Virus record (IMG/VR): IMGVR_UViG_3300049033_000018 | Span: 19,638 to 83,637 of that record | DNA from: a virus | Strand: one strand, 5' to 3' | DNA length: 64,000 nucleotides | Part shown: positions 9,954 through 20,329 of the stretch, one piece after another | Position numbering within the stretch: position 1 is the stretch's first letter | Layout: each line of letters begins with the position of its first letter | The notes under the pieces: generated by a model | What the model was told of the DNA's origin: nothing | The model's database searches: none | Seen by the model: only the letters and a program-made list of their open reading frames with translations | Program-made: the position numbers and the translations under genes

Positions 9954-11552
9954 ATGGTTGGGTATAAATTAACAGATGATGACTACTTGTTATTAAAAGA
10001 CCTTATGCAAAAGCATAAAGACAATATAACAAAGGCATCACAAGAACTTTGTCAGAGGTTAAATTTACATTATACTGACACAAGTAGAAAAAAAGTTTCT
10101 ATGATTTTACATAGAAGAGGTTACTTTCCAGAAGTAGAAAGTCCAGAAGAAAAAGAACCTTCTGTGCTTGATAAAGATTATAGTATAGCTAAAGGTAGAA
10201 CTTTAGTTAACTCAAAATATTATATCATTACTTGGGAACAAAATGAAACTCCTCTTCACAATAAATTGTGGAAGAATATTTTGGCATATAAAGAATTCTT
10301 AAATGCTGAACTAAGCGTGATACTAGGAAGATATAAAAATCCAACTTCGGTATTTACTGATGTGAAGCACGAAAGCTGGAATCCTGCGACTAAGAAATAT
10401 TGGGATACTAATAGACATGATATTCATAAATATTTAACTATTCTAGGGGATGTCAAAATTCAACCAACTGCTGCTACCCCTTTAGAAGGTTTAGAATCCA
10501 TATCAGGGGAGACTACAACTATCGTAGGGCACCCAAAAATGCATTTAAAACCTGTTTCTGTATTGGAGGGTCATCCAAAAAAGATATTGCTTACAACAGG
10601 AGCTATTACACTCCCAAATTATACAGATTCAAAAGCTGGTAAGAGAGGAGAGTTTCACCATACATTAGGTTTCACTATTGTTGAAATCAAGAATGAGGAA
10701 ATCTTTTTTATTAGACAGGTAGAAGCTGATGAGAATGGAAATTTTATTGATTTGTATCATGAGGTTAAAAATGGCAAGATAACTTCTTTGGATAAGGCTG
10801 ATGTTATTGTGTGGGGAGATACTCACGTTAACTCCATGAATAAAGAAATCTTAAAACCAACAGAGAAACTTATTAAAGATTTAAAAATTAAGGTAGAAGT
10901 TCATCATGATTTAAGTGATGGGGTTTCTGTTAATAATCATATTATTAATAATCCTATTGAACAACATAAGAGATGGCAAAAGGAACAGGAAAGTGTTCAG
11001 GTTGAATTAGTTAGAACTGTAAACTTTTTAAAGAGAAGACCAGATACATTTAAAGTTATTGTCCAATCTAATCATAACGACAGGTTTGATAGATGGATTA
11101 TTAACCAAGATTGGAAAAAAGATATTCCAAATGCAATTCCTTATATGAAATATGCTTTAGCAACTCTAGAAGGAAAAGCTGATAAAGGAATTTTAGCATA
11201 TTATTTAGAAAGTGAGTTTGATAAATCACAACTAGTTTGTTTAGATTATGATGACTCATATATTTATAATGGCTTTGAATTAGCACATCATGGACATATA
11301 GGAGCGAATGGTTCTAGGGGTTCAATAGAACAATTTAGAAAGATGTCTACTAAAATGATAGTAGGGCATTACCATAAGCCTATGAGGTTAGATAAAGTTA
11401 TGGCTGTTGGTACCTCAACTCATCTTAGAGAAGGTTACAACAAAGGAGCCTCTGACTGGATGAACTCTCACATTATAGTTCATAAGAATGGAACCGCCCA
11501 ACATATTATATTTATAAAAGGAGAATTTACTACTTTCAAGAGAGAACCATAA
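9954..11552 (+). CDS. T5 A1-like calcineurin-type metallophosphoesterase (probable nuclease) with N-terminal helical domain
   Basis: Metallophosphoesterase motifs GDTH, HDLSDG, SNHND, HHGH and GHYH; blocks YIITWEQNETPLH, IQPTAATPLEG and TTGAITLPNYTDSKAGKRGEFHH recall A1-family proteins. The start is ATG 9954 because the upstream TTG lies inside the promoter. Confidence 0.7.
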   Translation: MVGYKLTDDDYLLLKDLMQKHKDNITKASQELCQRLNLHYTDTSRKKVSMILHRRGYFPEVESPEEKEPSVLDKDYSIAKGRTLVNSKYYIITWEQNETPLHNKLWKNILAYKEFLNAELSVILGRYKNPTSVFTDVKHESWNPATKKYWDTNRHDIHKYLTILGDVKIQPTAATPLEGLESISGETTTIVGHPKMHLKPVSVLEGHPKKILLTTGAITLPNYTDSKAGKRGEFHHTLGFTIVEIKNEEIFFIRQVEADENGNFIDLYHEVKNGKITSLDKADVIVWGDTHVNSMNKEILKPTEKLIKDLKIKVEVHHDLSDGVSVNNHIINNPIEQHKRWQKEQESVQVELVRTVNFLKRRPDTFKVIVQSNHNDRFDRWIINQDWKKDIPNAIPYMKYALATLEGKADKGILAYYLESEFDKSQLVCLDYDDSYIYNGFELAHHGHIGANGSRGSIEQFRKMSTKMIVGHYHKPMRLDKVMAVGTSTHLREGYNKGASDWMNSHIIVHKNGTAQHIIFIKGEFTTFKREP

Positions 11553-11567
11553 AGGTTCTCTTTTTTT
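11541..11567 (+). terminator. Intrinsic terminator
   Basis: AGAGAACC-ATAAA-GGTTCTCT plus T-tract. Confidence 0.8.
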
Positions 11568-11589
11568 GTTTTGATTAAATTTTATGTTT

Positions 11590-11622
11590 TTTGTAAAATC
11601 AAAATTTTTTCTTATATTTGCA
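11590..11622 (+). promoter_or_regulatory. Bacteroidota-type promoter for the tail operon
   Basis: TTTG (11590-93), 19 nt, TATATTTG (11613-20). Confidence 0.8.
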
Positions 11623-11644
11623 ATTCATAAAAAAATATTTTACT

Positions 11645-12343
11645 GTGACTAATGGAGAGTTTGTATCAAGGGTTGTGAATGGTTTAAGAGCATTAAATAA
11701 GGACGACCATATTAGTAGAAGATACATTTTAAGAATAGGACAAAACAAATCCAAATTTTATATTTCACAAAAACTACTTGATAAATCTCTTTTCAAGGAA
11801 GATAACTTATTTAGATATTTGAACTGCTTTAGACTTACAGATGAAGATAGAATCAAATGTGGAATCTATGAGTTTGCTAGATGTGAGTCTTTAATGAAAT
11901 CAACTAAGAAAATCCCAGGTCTTGTTTATAGTAGATATGGTGCATCTATTATATCTATTACATCTATAGATGGACTAACTAGATTTGTTCCAACTACTCT
12001 ATCAAATTATGCTTTATTTAGAGATAGACAAAATGCAGATAAATTTAAAGGTAGAACTAAATTCTTTTATATAAAAGAAGGTTATTTATATCTACCTGAT
12101 TCTGAGATAGAAATGGTTAATATTGTATATATTCCATTTGAAGAGTCCGCAGTAGATAAGGCATCTGAATGTAGTGATGGGAGTTCTTGTACATCAGTTT
12201 GGGATATGCAATTTGTGGTACCAGATAAATTATCAGAACAAGTCATCACTGAAACAATCAATGAGGTATTCACTTCAAGAAAAGTTGTAGTAGATGAGAA
12301 TCCTAATCTAGACACAAATATTAAAAGTTCAACAACCAGATAA
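11645..12343 (+). CDS. crAss-like tail ring/connector protein
   Basis: The start is probably GTG 11645 (MTNGEFVSRV), since the track's TTG start lies in the -7 box. ISRRYIL, Cys-rich, KKIPGL...IISITSIDG and FFYIKEGYLY resemble crAss-like ring proteins. Confidence 0.6.
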   Translation: MTNGEFVSRVVNGLRALNKDDHISRRYILRIGQNKSKFYISQKLLDKSLFKEDNLFRYLNCFRLTDEDRIKCGIYEFARCESLMKSTKKIPGLVYSRYGASIISITSIDGLTRFVPTTLSNYALFRDRQNADKFKGRTKFFYIKEGYLYLPDSEIEMVNIVYIPFEESAVDKASECSDGSSCTSVWDMQFVVPDKLSEQVITETINEVFTSRKVVVDENPNLDTNIKSSTTR

Positions 12344-12822
12344 TGAAATTTTTAACTGAAGACAATAGACAACTGCACAACTATGATAGAAAGAAGTCTT
12401 GGTTAAAATATAAAGAAAAAACAAAACATAGACCAAAATATCATAGAGTTAGAAATGAAGACCAATTCAGGAAAATTATTGATACAGTTCTTCAGGTTGT
12501 AAGAGAGAAGTGGGTTAATTGTACAGGAGGATTATACATGAAAAATTTAGGTTATTTTGCTGTATATAGAACTCCTCATAGAAGTGTATCTCATAGAAAT
12601 ATGTTTTCTTATGTAGATAGATTAAATACGGATGGTTATATGTATATTCCTACTCATTTTACAACCTTAAAGAATTCAGACTATTTTTATGGATTCGACT
12701 TAAACGAAACTTTTCCTTCCAGAATGACAAAGGAGCTATATGCTAATTTAAAAAATGGTAGGAGGTATACACTTAATTACTTTTTAATTAAGGAATATTT
12801 AAAAAACAGAAAATACTTATAA
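12343..12822 (+). CDS. IHF/HU-like DNA-binding protein
   Basis: Basic protein with GLYMKNLGYFAV (HU-like beta arm); crAss-like tail modules are known to carry IHF-like genes. Confidence 0.55.
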   Translation: MKFLTEDNRQLHNYDRKKSWLKYKEKTKHRPKYHRVRNEDQFRKIIDTVLQVVREKWVNCTGGLYMKNLGYFAVYRTPHRSVSHRNMFSYVDRLNTDGYMYIPTHFTTLKNSDYFYGFDLNETFPSRMTKELYANLKNGRRYTLNYFLIKEYLKNRKYL

Positions 12823-13682
12823 TGACATTTAACGAGTTTCTATCAGATTTAAAGGTAGAATTTAGACAATATTTTGATGCAAATCTTATAGATGATTTAT
12901 TAGTCTATAAGTGGGTTAACCAGGCTTTAAAGAAGTTTGGAGCTACTGTAATGGTATATCAAGATAAAATGATTTCTGTGGAAAATAATAAGGCTAAATT
13001 ACCTGAAAATTTCTTCCAATTAAAAGCAGCTATTTTGTGTGAGCCAGACTTTATTGAGTGTAGAAAAGAAGATGAAAAAATACTTCTTAATTCTTTCTTT
13101 TGGACTGATGTAACTAGAAAACAAAAATCTTGGGATATTTGTACAGAAGATTGCTGTGAGAATGCAGTAGAAGAATTTACCATAAGAGAAAAGACATATA
13201 TGAACGAGTGTGCTATCACAAAAGTTTATAAAAGTCCAATGGAACTAAAGTTAGGTAAATCATTTAATAAAACATATTGTGCTCCAGATTGCTTAAATAA
13301 GTTTGCATCAGGAGCTAGAAATGAAATTAATATCGTTGGTACCACTTTACATACCAATTTTAAAGAAGGAGAAATTTATCTAAAGTATAAAGGATTTGAG
13401 GTAGATGAAGAAGGGCTTACAATCATTCCTGAAACTCCAAAAGGGGAAGTATCATCTTATGTGATGATATTTGTAAAAAGAAATATTTTAGAATATATTT
13501 TAGCCAATGGAGAAGATACAAACATTATTACTTTATTCCAATATTATAATCAACAAGCACAAACACAATTAGCTTTAGCACTAACAGATGCTAAATTTAG
13601 TAACTTGACTCCTAAGTCACTTTACAAACTAAAATTAAGACCATACTTGGAGAGACAAGTATTTGAAAATAGAATTCACTAA
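12822..13682 (+). CDS. crAss-like tail tubular/ring protein (P22 gp4-like)
   Basis: AKLPENF and LHTNFKEGEIYLKY...DEEGLTIIP blocks; located just before the muzzle gene. Confidence 0.6.
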   Translation: MTFNEFLSDLKVEFRQYFDANLIDDLLVYKWVNQALKKFGATVMVYQDKMISVENNKAKLPENFFQLKAAILCEPDFIECRKEDEKILLNSFFWTDVTRKQKSWDICTEDCCENAVEEFTIREKTYMNECAITKVYKSPMELKLGKSFNKTYCAPDCLNKFASGARNEINIVGTTLHTNFKEGEIYLKYKGFEVDEEGLTIIPETPKGEVSSYVMIFVKRNILEYILANGEDTNIITLFQYYNQQAQTQLALALTDAKFSNLTPKSLYKLKLRPYLERQVFENRIH

Positions 13683-13684
13683 AT

Positions 13685-16600
13685 ATGCAAAATAATCAAA
13701 ATAATATCTATATCCCAACAGTAGGAATGGATAGAGATACCCACCCTGTAAGATTGAGGGATGGGTCTTATACTTTTGCAAAGAATATATCAGTAGAGGA
13801 TTCTTCTGGGAATGGTATTCCTGTTGTTCAGAACGAGCCTTCTAATATTTTATGTAAAGAAATTAAAAATGGTAAAAACGTTATTGGATTTAAATACGAG
13901 CCATCTTTAAGAAAAACTTTTTTATTTACAATTGATACCTCTACTGAAGTTTCAGAAGTAGGGTATATCAGTCATGATAATTATACATATAATTCAGAAG
14001 GACAAGTAGAGTATTGTAACTGTGAGCCTAGTATAGAGTTAGGAACTCCTTTAGAAGATATTATAACTTATACAGAAAATTGTCAGTATACACTTTTAAT
14101 TTCAGATTTTTGTACAGAAGCAAAGAAATGTTTAAATTTTTCAATTGACCACCCTATTAGAAATGCTAATATTGTTTTTAAAAATGAACAGTGTGGTAAA
14201 AGATTATATTGGACAGATGGATTTAATCCACCAAGATATATTCATTTTGAAGAATTAGAAGAAGGTTATGAAGGAGATAAATGGAAAACAAATAAGTATT
14301 ATCATAAAGGAGCTTTAGTTTGTAAGCAAGAAATTGACTTAGTTCAAACTTGCTTAAATTGTGATGCACTTAAAATATTTCCAGATTTCTCAATACCTTG
14401 TATTGATATTACAACTGTTGTAGCTGGTGGAAATTTAGAAGAAGGAACTTATGAATTCTTTATTGCTTTTAGTGATGAAGAAGGTAATGAGATTTCTAAT
14501 TACTATTCACACACTTTCCCAACTCCAATTTTTAACTTTGAAGATGTTGTAGTTGATTCATGGGATGCAGCAAGACAAACAACTTATGGAATTAACCTTG
14601 AGATGTCTTATCTTGATACAGGATTTAATTATTATAAATTAGCTGTTGTTTTCAAGAGTGCTCTTGGGCAATCAGAAAGATATTATGATTTAGGAACATT
14701 TCCTATTTCACAAACCTCTGTGACTATTTCGACTTTAGGGAATGCTAAAGATACTACCTTAAATAATATTATTACTAAAAAGCAAGAGGTTGCTGTAGTT
14801 GATAAAATGTCTGAGGCAAATGGTTATTTATTTATGGGAGGATTAACAGCTAAACCAGCGATTAATCTTCAACCTATTGTTGCTTTGATGGGACCATTTT
14901 TTAGATGGCATACTCTTATAGCAAATGAAAAGCTTTATAGAGATTCAGCATTTGCTCAAAAATTTAGAGGGTATATGAGAGATGAGACTTATCCTCTTTC
15001 TTTAACTTTTGGATTTGCAGATGGTACAGAATCAAATGATGAAATATTAATTAACAGAGGTCCATATACTGCTACTGATTACCAAGTTTTGGGAGAAACC
15101 CTTCCTGGAGACTTAACGGTTGTAGTTGATAATTCTGGAGATGTACCTGTGCCAATTGGTAATGATAAAAACGTATCAGCAATGCTTAATAGTAATTTAG
15201 CTTGTTTCGATACCAATAGAATTTATAGATGGCAGTATTATAACACTGCTTTAAATAAAGGTATGTCCCTATCTTCTTTAGTGGACACAGATATTGATTT
15301 ATCTAATACTACAGGATTAATAAAAAGAGTAATTCACTCAACTTGTTCCTCTGTAGATTTAAATGGATTAAATATTATACCTGATACTAGTATTAGGATT
15401 GATGGGGATTATCAGTTTTTCACAGGAACAGATGCAGATTATATTAATGTACATTTTAATGATTTTACAAACCCATCATATCCATTTTACTCATCTTATC
15501 TACATGAGTTTTTAAAATTAAGTAGATATAATAATCTTGGGTGTTTTCAAACATTAAGTGGGTCAAGTACAAATTGTAATAATTTTATTCTTGATTCAGA
15601 GAGTGTAGAAATGTCTCAGGCAGATTTTATTAATATAGTACCAACTATGTTACCATTTTCTAACTATACATATATGCCATTGGATTATGTAGAGACTCAA
15701 TTTACTAATGGAAACAGAGTAGTGGATTCTACTTTAAGTACTTCATTAGGATTAAAAGGGTATCCACAGATTCAATTAAGGGTAGATAGTCAGCAAGGGT
15801 ATGCTTGTGCTTCAGCAATCCCTTCATATGTATTAAATAATATAGTGGTTGCTGATACAGATGGTTTTATATTTAAAAATCTAGGAAAAAACTCAGATAG
15901 TTTTACTCCTGAATTAATTTTTGAAGAGTATTTAACAACAACTATTCCTGATACCTTTGATTATCATTTAAGACCGATGTATGTTAGTGGTAGTGGGGTT
16001 AAAATTCAAGAAGTAGGGTTTACAAAATTTAAATCTTCTAATGAAGTTTGGAAATTTTTAACTTTAAAACAACAGTTTACACCTAATGTGGCAAAAAATG
16101 CTCAATGGTTTAAGTTAAATTCATTAGATTCATATCCTTATTTACAAATAAACTTTAAATCTTTGAATGCTATTCCAATTAGTGATTCAGATTTAAATGC
16201 TTTTTATGTAGTAACAGGAGAAACAGATGTTACTTTAAACAGATTAGGTAAAGTTAGAATGTCAATTTTTGATGAATGTGTAACAACAGGGAGCAAAACT
16301 GCAATATATACTCAATTTTTTTACTTAACAGATAATCCTTTAATAGATATTAAATCAATTATTGCAGGATTAGGACTAATTACAAACAAGTCTTATATAG
16401 TTGCTTTTGATTGTCCAGTACAAAGGGTAAGAAAACAAATTATAGAGTTTACTAGAAGGTATCATACAGACTCAGGTATCCAAGAAAATACTATCCCTCA
16501 AGGAACATATTTACATATGGAGAAAATGGGTTCAGGACAAGGTACCTATTATAGAGCTAGAAACTTTGGTTCAAACGACCAAGTGGCTTCAACGTGTATA

Positions 16601-19600
16601 GACCCTATAGCTCAGATGAATCCTATTGCATGGTCTAGTATAGGTAACTATACAGAATTAGGGTCTTGTTCAGGACCTTTAGAATCTATATTTGTACCAC
16701 CTCCAGCACCTACGGAAGATGGGTATATTTGGACAACTACAACTCTTGAGAATTCATTTATGGTAACTCAGAGAGGAGAAGAGGTGGATTATTATGATTT
16801 AACTTTATCGAATGGTTTAGTAGCTAAATTACAAGAATTTCAAAAAGATTGTTACTACAAGGATATTACAGGGCAGGTTTGTGATTATGAAAACTATGAG
16901 AATGGTATTTTTGCTTACACAGAGTCAACAGAAATTTATCCTGATAATGCTAATTTATTTGATGCATCTAAACTAGATGTTAAAATTACAGAACAATTGG
17001 TTAATGCTTCTATAGCTGAGGCTTTAGGAAGTGGAACAAATGATTTTGATATATTTGATGGGGTAGGATTTAAAGACCTATTTAGGTTAAATTTCGGTTC
17101 TAATTCTAAGTTCGTGGAAGATACTAAAATTGACTTCACTTGTAAACCAATCAGACACTTTAAATTTCCTGATAATGCAATAAGTCCTTTCATGTATCCA
17201 AATGAGATGCTTGATTTTAATGAAACCTTTATTCACCCTCTTGGGGTGAGTATTGACACTGATGTAGTGAATGTATTCTTAAATCTTGCTGTAAAAACTG
17301 GACAAATTACTCAGGAGCAAAGAGATTCAATTGTTTATTTTAAAGTAAATAGAGGATATAGGGGAGTTAATAGAACTGTACTTACAAAAGGATTTTTATC
17401 AGATATGGTAAAATATTCTGATTCAGATGGTACAGATAATTATTACTCAAACTTCCCATTTAACTCTTTGAATAATAAAGAGTTAATTTACGGAAGTGGG
17501 TCATCTCCTATCTCTCATCAGAATGGTAAAAAAGGTAATAGTAGATTCTCATTTATTTCACCAGAAATTATGAGTAACATTACTGTTAATCCAACGGAAT
17601 TCAAACTTGATGGTTATGTATATGGTGGGGGGTTTAGACAGGCTGATGAAGTTAAAGACCATGCTAAAATGGTTGTGTTATCTCAAAGTGCTAAAGACTT
17701 AGCTGTTAAGTTAGGTAAGGCAGAAGCATCATTTGAGTTAGCTATGAATGTGGCAAATGGACTTCTTAATAGTGTTGAAGCTTTTGATATGTTCTATGGA
17801 TGGACAGGAGTTGGAATCAATATTGGAGGTATGATTAACTTCACTTTAGGTATGGCTACAATGATTGCTTTTGAATCTTCTGAATTTAACAGAAAACTTT
17901 ATAGTTATGCTTATAAATGGATGGAAGCTTTTAAGAATGCAGGAAAGGGTGCTAACTTTGCTCATTATTTAGCTGGAGCTGGATTCTATAATAACTTTAC
18001 TCCTATGGATAGATTATCTCAGGAGCAATTGAGAAGTTTAAGAATATCAAAAGTTATTGATGATGGAAATTACCCGATTAACCATGACTTTGGAACAATA
18101 ATTGATATTAATAATATTGATAGAGAGAAATCTATGTATTTATACATGGGTCCAAACTATCAAACAAATGGATTTACTTATCCTGACCAATACATTAATA
18201 TTGACAACTCTAATAAAGAGCCATCTCAAGATGTAATTAGAAAAAATGAGTCTATAGATGTAGCTAATTTATATGGGGGGTTAAAAATTTATAATCCTGC
18301 TCAATATGGAAGAATACAAAATATTACTTGGGTTAACACTCCAGGATGTTTTTATTTAAAAAATAGAGTAAATAATATATTTTTTGGAGGAGATATTTAT
18401 ATATCAAGATTTTCGTATAAAAAGAAATATAATTTCTATTTAGCAACTCAGTTAAATCAGGAAGATTTTGAACCTATTAAATATTCTAGATTAGATAATA
18501 TAGGAAAAAATAAATATTTTATTGATTATGATTCTGAAGTAGCTGATATAGGAAGTTATGGATTACCATTTGCTGATTCAGCCTATAGGTTACAATTTAA
18601 ACAAGAACATGGTAAGTACGTTGATTATGGTAGATTCTACCACTATGAATATGGATTCCATAATCAGTTAGTAGAGTCTGAGATTAATGGTTGGACAAGA
18701 GTAGCTTTAAGACAAGCAAAGGATGATTTTTATCCAAATTTTGCAGACTATATGAAATTCACACAAGAAAATTTTGTGAGTATCAGAGAAAGAGAACTAT
18801 TTCTTTATAATAGTGTATTTAGCAATGAAGGAGTAAGATATGTAGGAAGATTTTTACCAGATAATTATGACCCTAAATTCTATAATTGTATTAATAATTC
18901 TCCTAGTGGAATTATTAGGTCTCAAGTAGATAAATCTGAGAAGAGAAAAGTTGACCCTTGGTTAGTTTATAAAGCATTAGATTTTGATAACTTTAAAGCT
19001 TCATATGGTAAATTTATTTCTCTTAAATCTATTGAGTCTCAACAGTTATTAGCTTACTTTGAGCACAAATTAGTTCTATTAAATAGAATTGATGAGATTA
19101 GAGAAAGAGTAGCTCCAGAAACCGTAGAACTTGGACAGGGAATTTTTACTACAAGACCAATAGAATTCCATAGCACAGATAATGGCTATGGTGGTACTCA
19201 GCATGCTGAAGTAATAAGTACAGAATTTGGACATTTCCATGTAGATGCAAGAAGAGGGCAAGTATTTCAAGTTGACCCTAATGGGGAAAACATGACTGAA
19301 ATTACTTCAGGATTGAGAAATTGGTTTAAAGAGCATCTGCCATTTAAAATTTTAAGAGGAGATATTGATGGATTATCAGATTTAGACCTTGATAATAACT
19401 TTAAAGGAATAGGTATAGCATTAGGATGGGATTCTAGATATAAAAGAATTTTCCTGACTAAATTGGATTACACAGTAAATGTAGCTTATAAAGGAAAATT
19501 AGAGTATAAAAATATTGAAGATGGTAATTCACTTATTGAAACTAAAGTAATTGTAGATAAAATAACAGGACAAGAAGTAAAATTTTCTAATAGAGAAGTA

Positions 19601-20329
19601 TTTACTCCTGCTCATTTTACATTAGCTTATAGCCCATTATTTAAAACATGGATTTCTTATTATTCATTTGCTCCAAATTATTATATTTCATATGATAATT
19701 ATTTTAGAACAGGATTAAATGAGTCAAATAATGGAACAAGTGTTAAAAATGGTATATGGTCTCACCTACTAACAAACAAATCATATGGTGTATTTTATGG
19801 TAAAAAGTATCCTTGGTCAGTAGAATTAGTTACTAAGGAACAATTTAACCAAAAGATTATGTCTAGTGTAAATTACTGGCTTGATTCTTTAGTGTATCAT
19901 AATGATTATGATTATGCTCAGAACACTGATGTAGGACTTGATTCTGCAATTGTATATAACAATACAAATAATTCAGGAAAACTTAATTTAATTAAGAGAA
20001 AAGAAAACAGCAGATTCCAGTACACTCAGTATCCAAAGTACAATAATGATGGAAGTTCTGATATTCTTGCATCATTTGATGAAGGAAGCTGGAGATTTAA
20101 TGAGTTTTACAATAGAACTATTAATGAAAATAATAATGTTCCAATTTGGAATTATGACATTAATGCTATTGATAAAGTTATCAATCCAAAAGCTATTTCA
20201 TTTAAGAGAACTTGGCTTGATAGATTAAGAGGAGATTATTTCTTAATTAGATTTGAAGGAGGAAGTGATACCAGATACAAGCAAATATTTAAATGGAATT
20301 TTAACAACGAACAAATAGTAATATCATAA
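13685..20329 (+). CDS. crAss-like muzzle / tail stabilisation protein (P22 gp10-like), 2214 aa
   Basis: N-terminal GMDRD...YTFAKN, LYWTDGFNPPRYI, GYMRDETYPL, YTESTEIYP, PIRHFKFPDN, FGHFHVDARRGQVF and WISYYSFAPNYY blocks typical of this family. Confidence 0.7.
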   Translation: MQNNQNNIYIPTVGMDRDTHPVRLRDGSYTFAKNISVEDSSGNGIPVVQNEPSNILCKEIKNGKNVIGFKYEPSLRKTFLFTIDTSTEVSEVGYISHDNYTYNSEGQVEYCNCEPSIELGTPLEDIITYTENCQYTLLISDFCTEAKKCLNFSIDHPIRNANIVFKNEQCGKRLYWTDGFNPPRYIHFEELEEGYEGDKWKTNKYYHKGALVCKQEIDLVQTCLNCDALKIFPDFSIPCIDITTVVAGGNLEEGTYEFFIAFSDEEGNEISNYYSHTFPTPIFNFEDVVVDSWDAARQTTYGINLEMSYLDTGFNYYKLAVVFKSALGQSERYYDLGTFPISQTSVTISTLGNAKDTTLNNIITKKQEVAVVDKMSEANGYLFMGGLTAKPAINLQPIVALMGPFFRWHTLIANEKLYRDSAFAQKFRGYMRDETYPLSLTFGFADGTESNDEILINRGPYTATDYQVLGETLPGDLTVVVDNSGDVPVPIGNDKNVSAMLNSNLACFDTNRIYRWQYYNTALNKGMSLSSLVDTDIDLSNTTGLIKRVIHSTCSSVDLNGLNIIPDTSIRIDGDYQFFTGTDADYINVHFNDFTNPSYPFYSSYLHEFLKLSRYNNLGCFQTLSGSSTNCNNFILDSESVEMSQADFINIVPTMLPFSNYTYMPLDYVETQFTNGNRVVDSTLSTSLGLKGYPQIQLRVDSQQGYACASAIPSYVLNNIVVADTDGFIFKNLGKNSDSFTPELIFEEYLTTTIPDTFDYHLRPMYVSGSGVKIQEVGFTKFKSSNEVWKFLTLKQQFTPNVAKNAQWFKLNSLDSYPYLQINFKSLNAIPISDSDLNAFYVVTGETDVTLNRLGKVRMSIFDECVTTGSKTAIYTQFFYLTDNPLIDIKSIIAGLGLITNKSYIVAFDCPVQRVRKQIIEFTRRYHTDSGIQENTIPQGTYLHMEKMGSGQGTYYRARNFGSNDQVASTCIDPIAQMNPIAWSSIGNYTELGSCSGPLESIFVPPPAPTEDGYIWTTTTLENSFMVTQRGEEVDYYDLTLSNGLVAKLQEFQKDCYYKDITGQVCDYENYENGIFAYTESTEIYPDNANLFDASKLDVKITEQLVNASIAEALGSGTNDFDIFDGVGFKDLFRLNFGSNSKFVEDTKIDFTCKPIRHFKFPDNAISPFMYPNEMLDFNETFIHPLGVSIDTDVVNVFLNLAVKTGQITQEQRDSIVYFKVNRGYRGVNRTVLTKGFLSDMVKYSDSDGTDNYYSNFPFNSLNNKELIYGSGSSPISHQNGKKGNSRFSFISPEIMSNITVNPTEFKLDGYVYGGGFRQADEVKDHAKMVVLSQSAKDLAVKLGKAEASFELAMNVANGLLNSVEAFDMFYGWTGVGINIGGMINFTLGMATMIAFESSEFNRKLYSYAYKWMEAFKNAGKGANFAHYLAGAGFYNNFTPMDRLSQEQLRSLRISKVIDDGNYPINHDFGTIIDINNIDREKSMYLYMGPNYQTNGFTYPDQYINIDNSNKEPSQDVIRKNESIDVANLYGGLKIYNPAQYGRIQNITWVNTPGCFYLKNRVNNIFFGGDIYISRFSYKKKYNFYLATQLNQEDFEPIKYSRLDNIGKNKYFIDYDSEVADIGSYGLPFADSAYRLQFKQEHGKYVDYGRFYHYEYGFHNQLVESEINGWTRVALRQAKDDFYPNFADYMKFTQENFVSIRERELFLYNSVFSNEGVRYVGRFLPDNYDPKFYNCINNSPSGIIRSQVDKSEKRKVDPWLVYKALDFDNFKASYGKFISLKSIESQQLLAYFEHKLVLLNRIDEIRERVAPETVELGQGIFTTRPIEFHSTDNGYGGTQHAEVISTEFGHFHVDARRGQVFQVDPNGENMTEITSGLRNWFKEHLPFKILRGDIDGLSDLDLDNNFKGIGIALGWDSRYKRIFLTKLDYTVNVAYKGKLEYKNIEDGNSLIETKVIVDKITGQEVKFSNREVFTPAHFTLAYSPLFKTWISYYSFAPNYYISYDNYFRTGLNESNNGTSVKNGIWSHLLTNKSYGVFYGKKYPWSVELVTKEQFNQKIMSSVNYWLDSLVYHNDYDYAQNTDVGLDSAIVYNNTNNSGKLNLIKRKENSRFQYTQYPKYNNDGSSDILASFDEGSWRFNEFYNRTINENNNVPIWNYDINAIDKVINPKAISFKRTWLDRLRGDYFLIRFEGGSDTRYKQIFKWNFNNEQIVIS

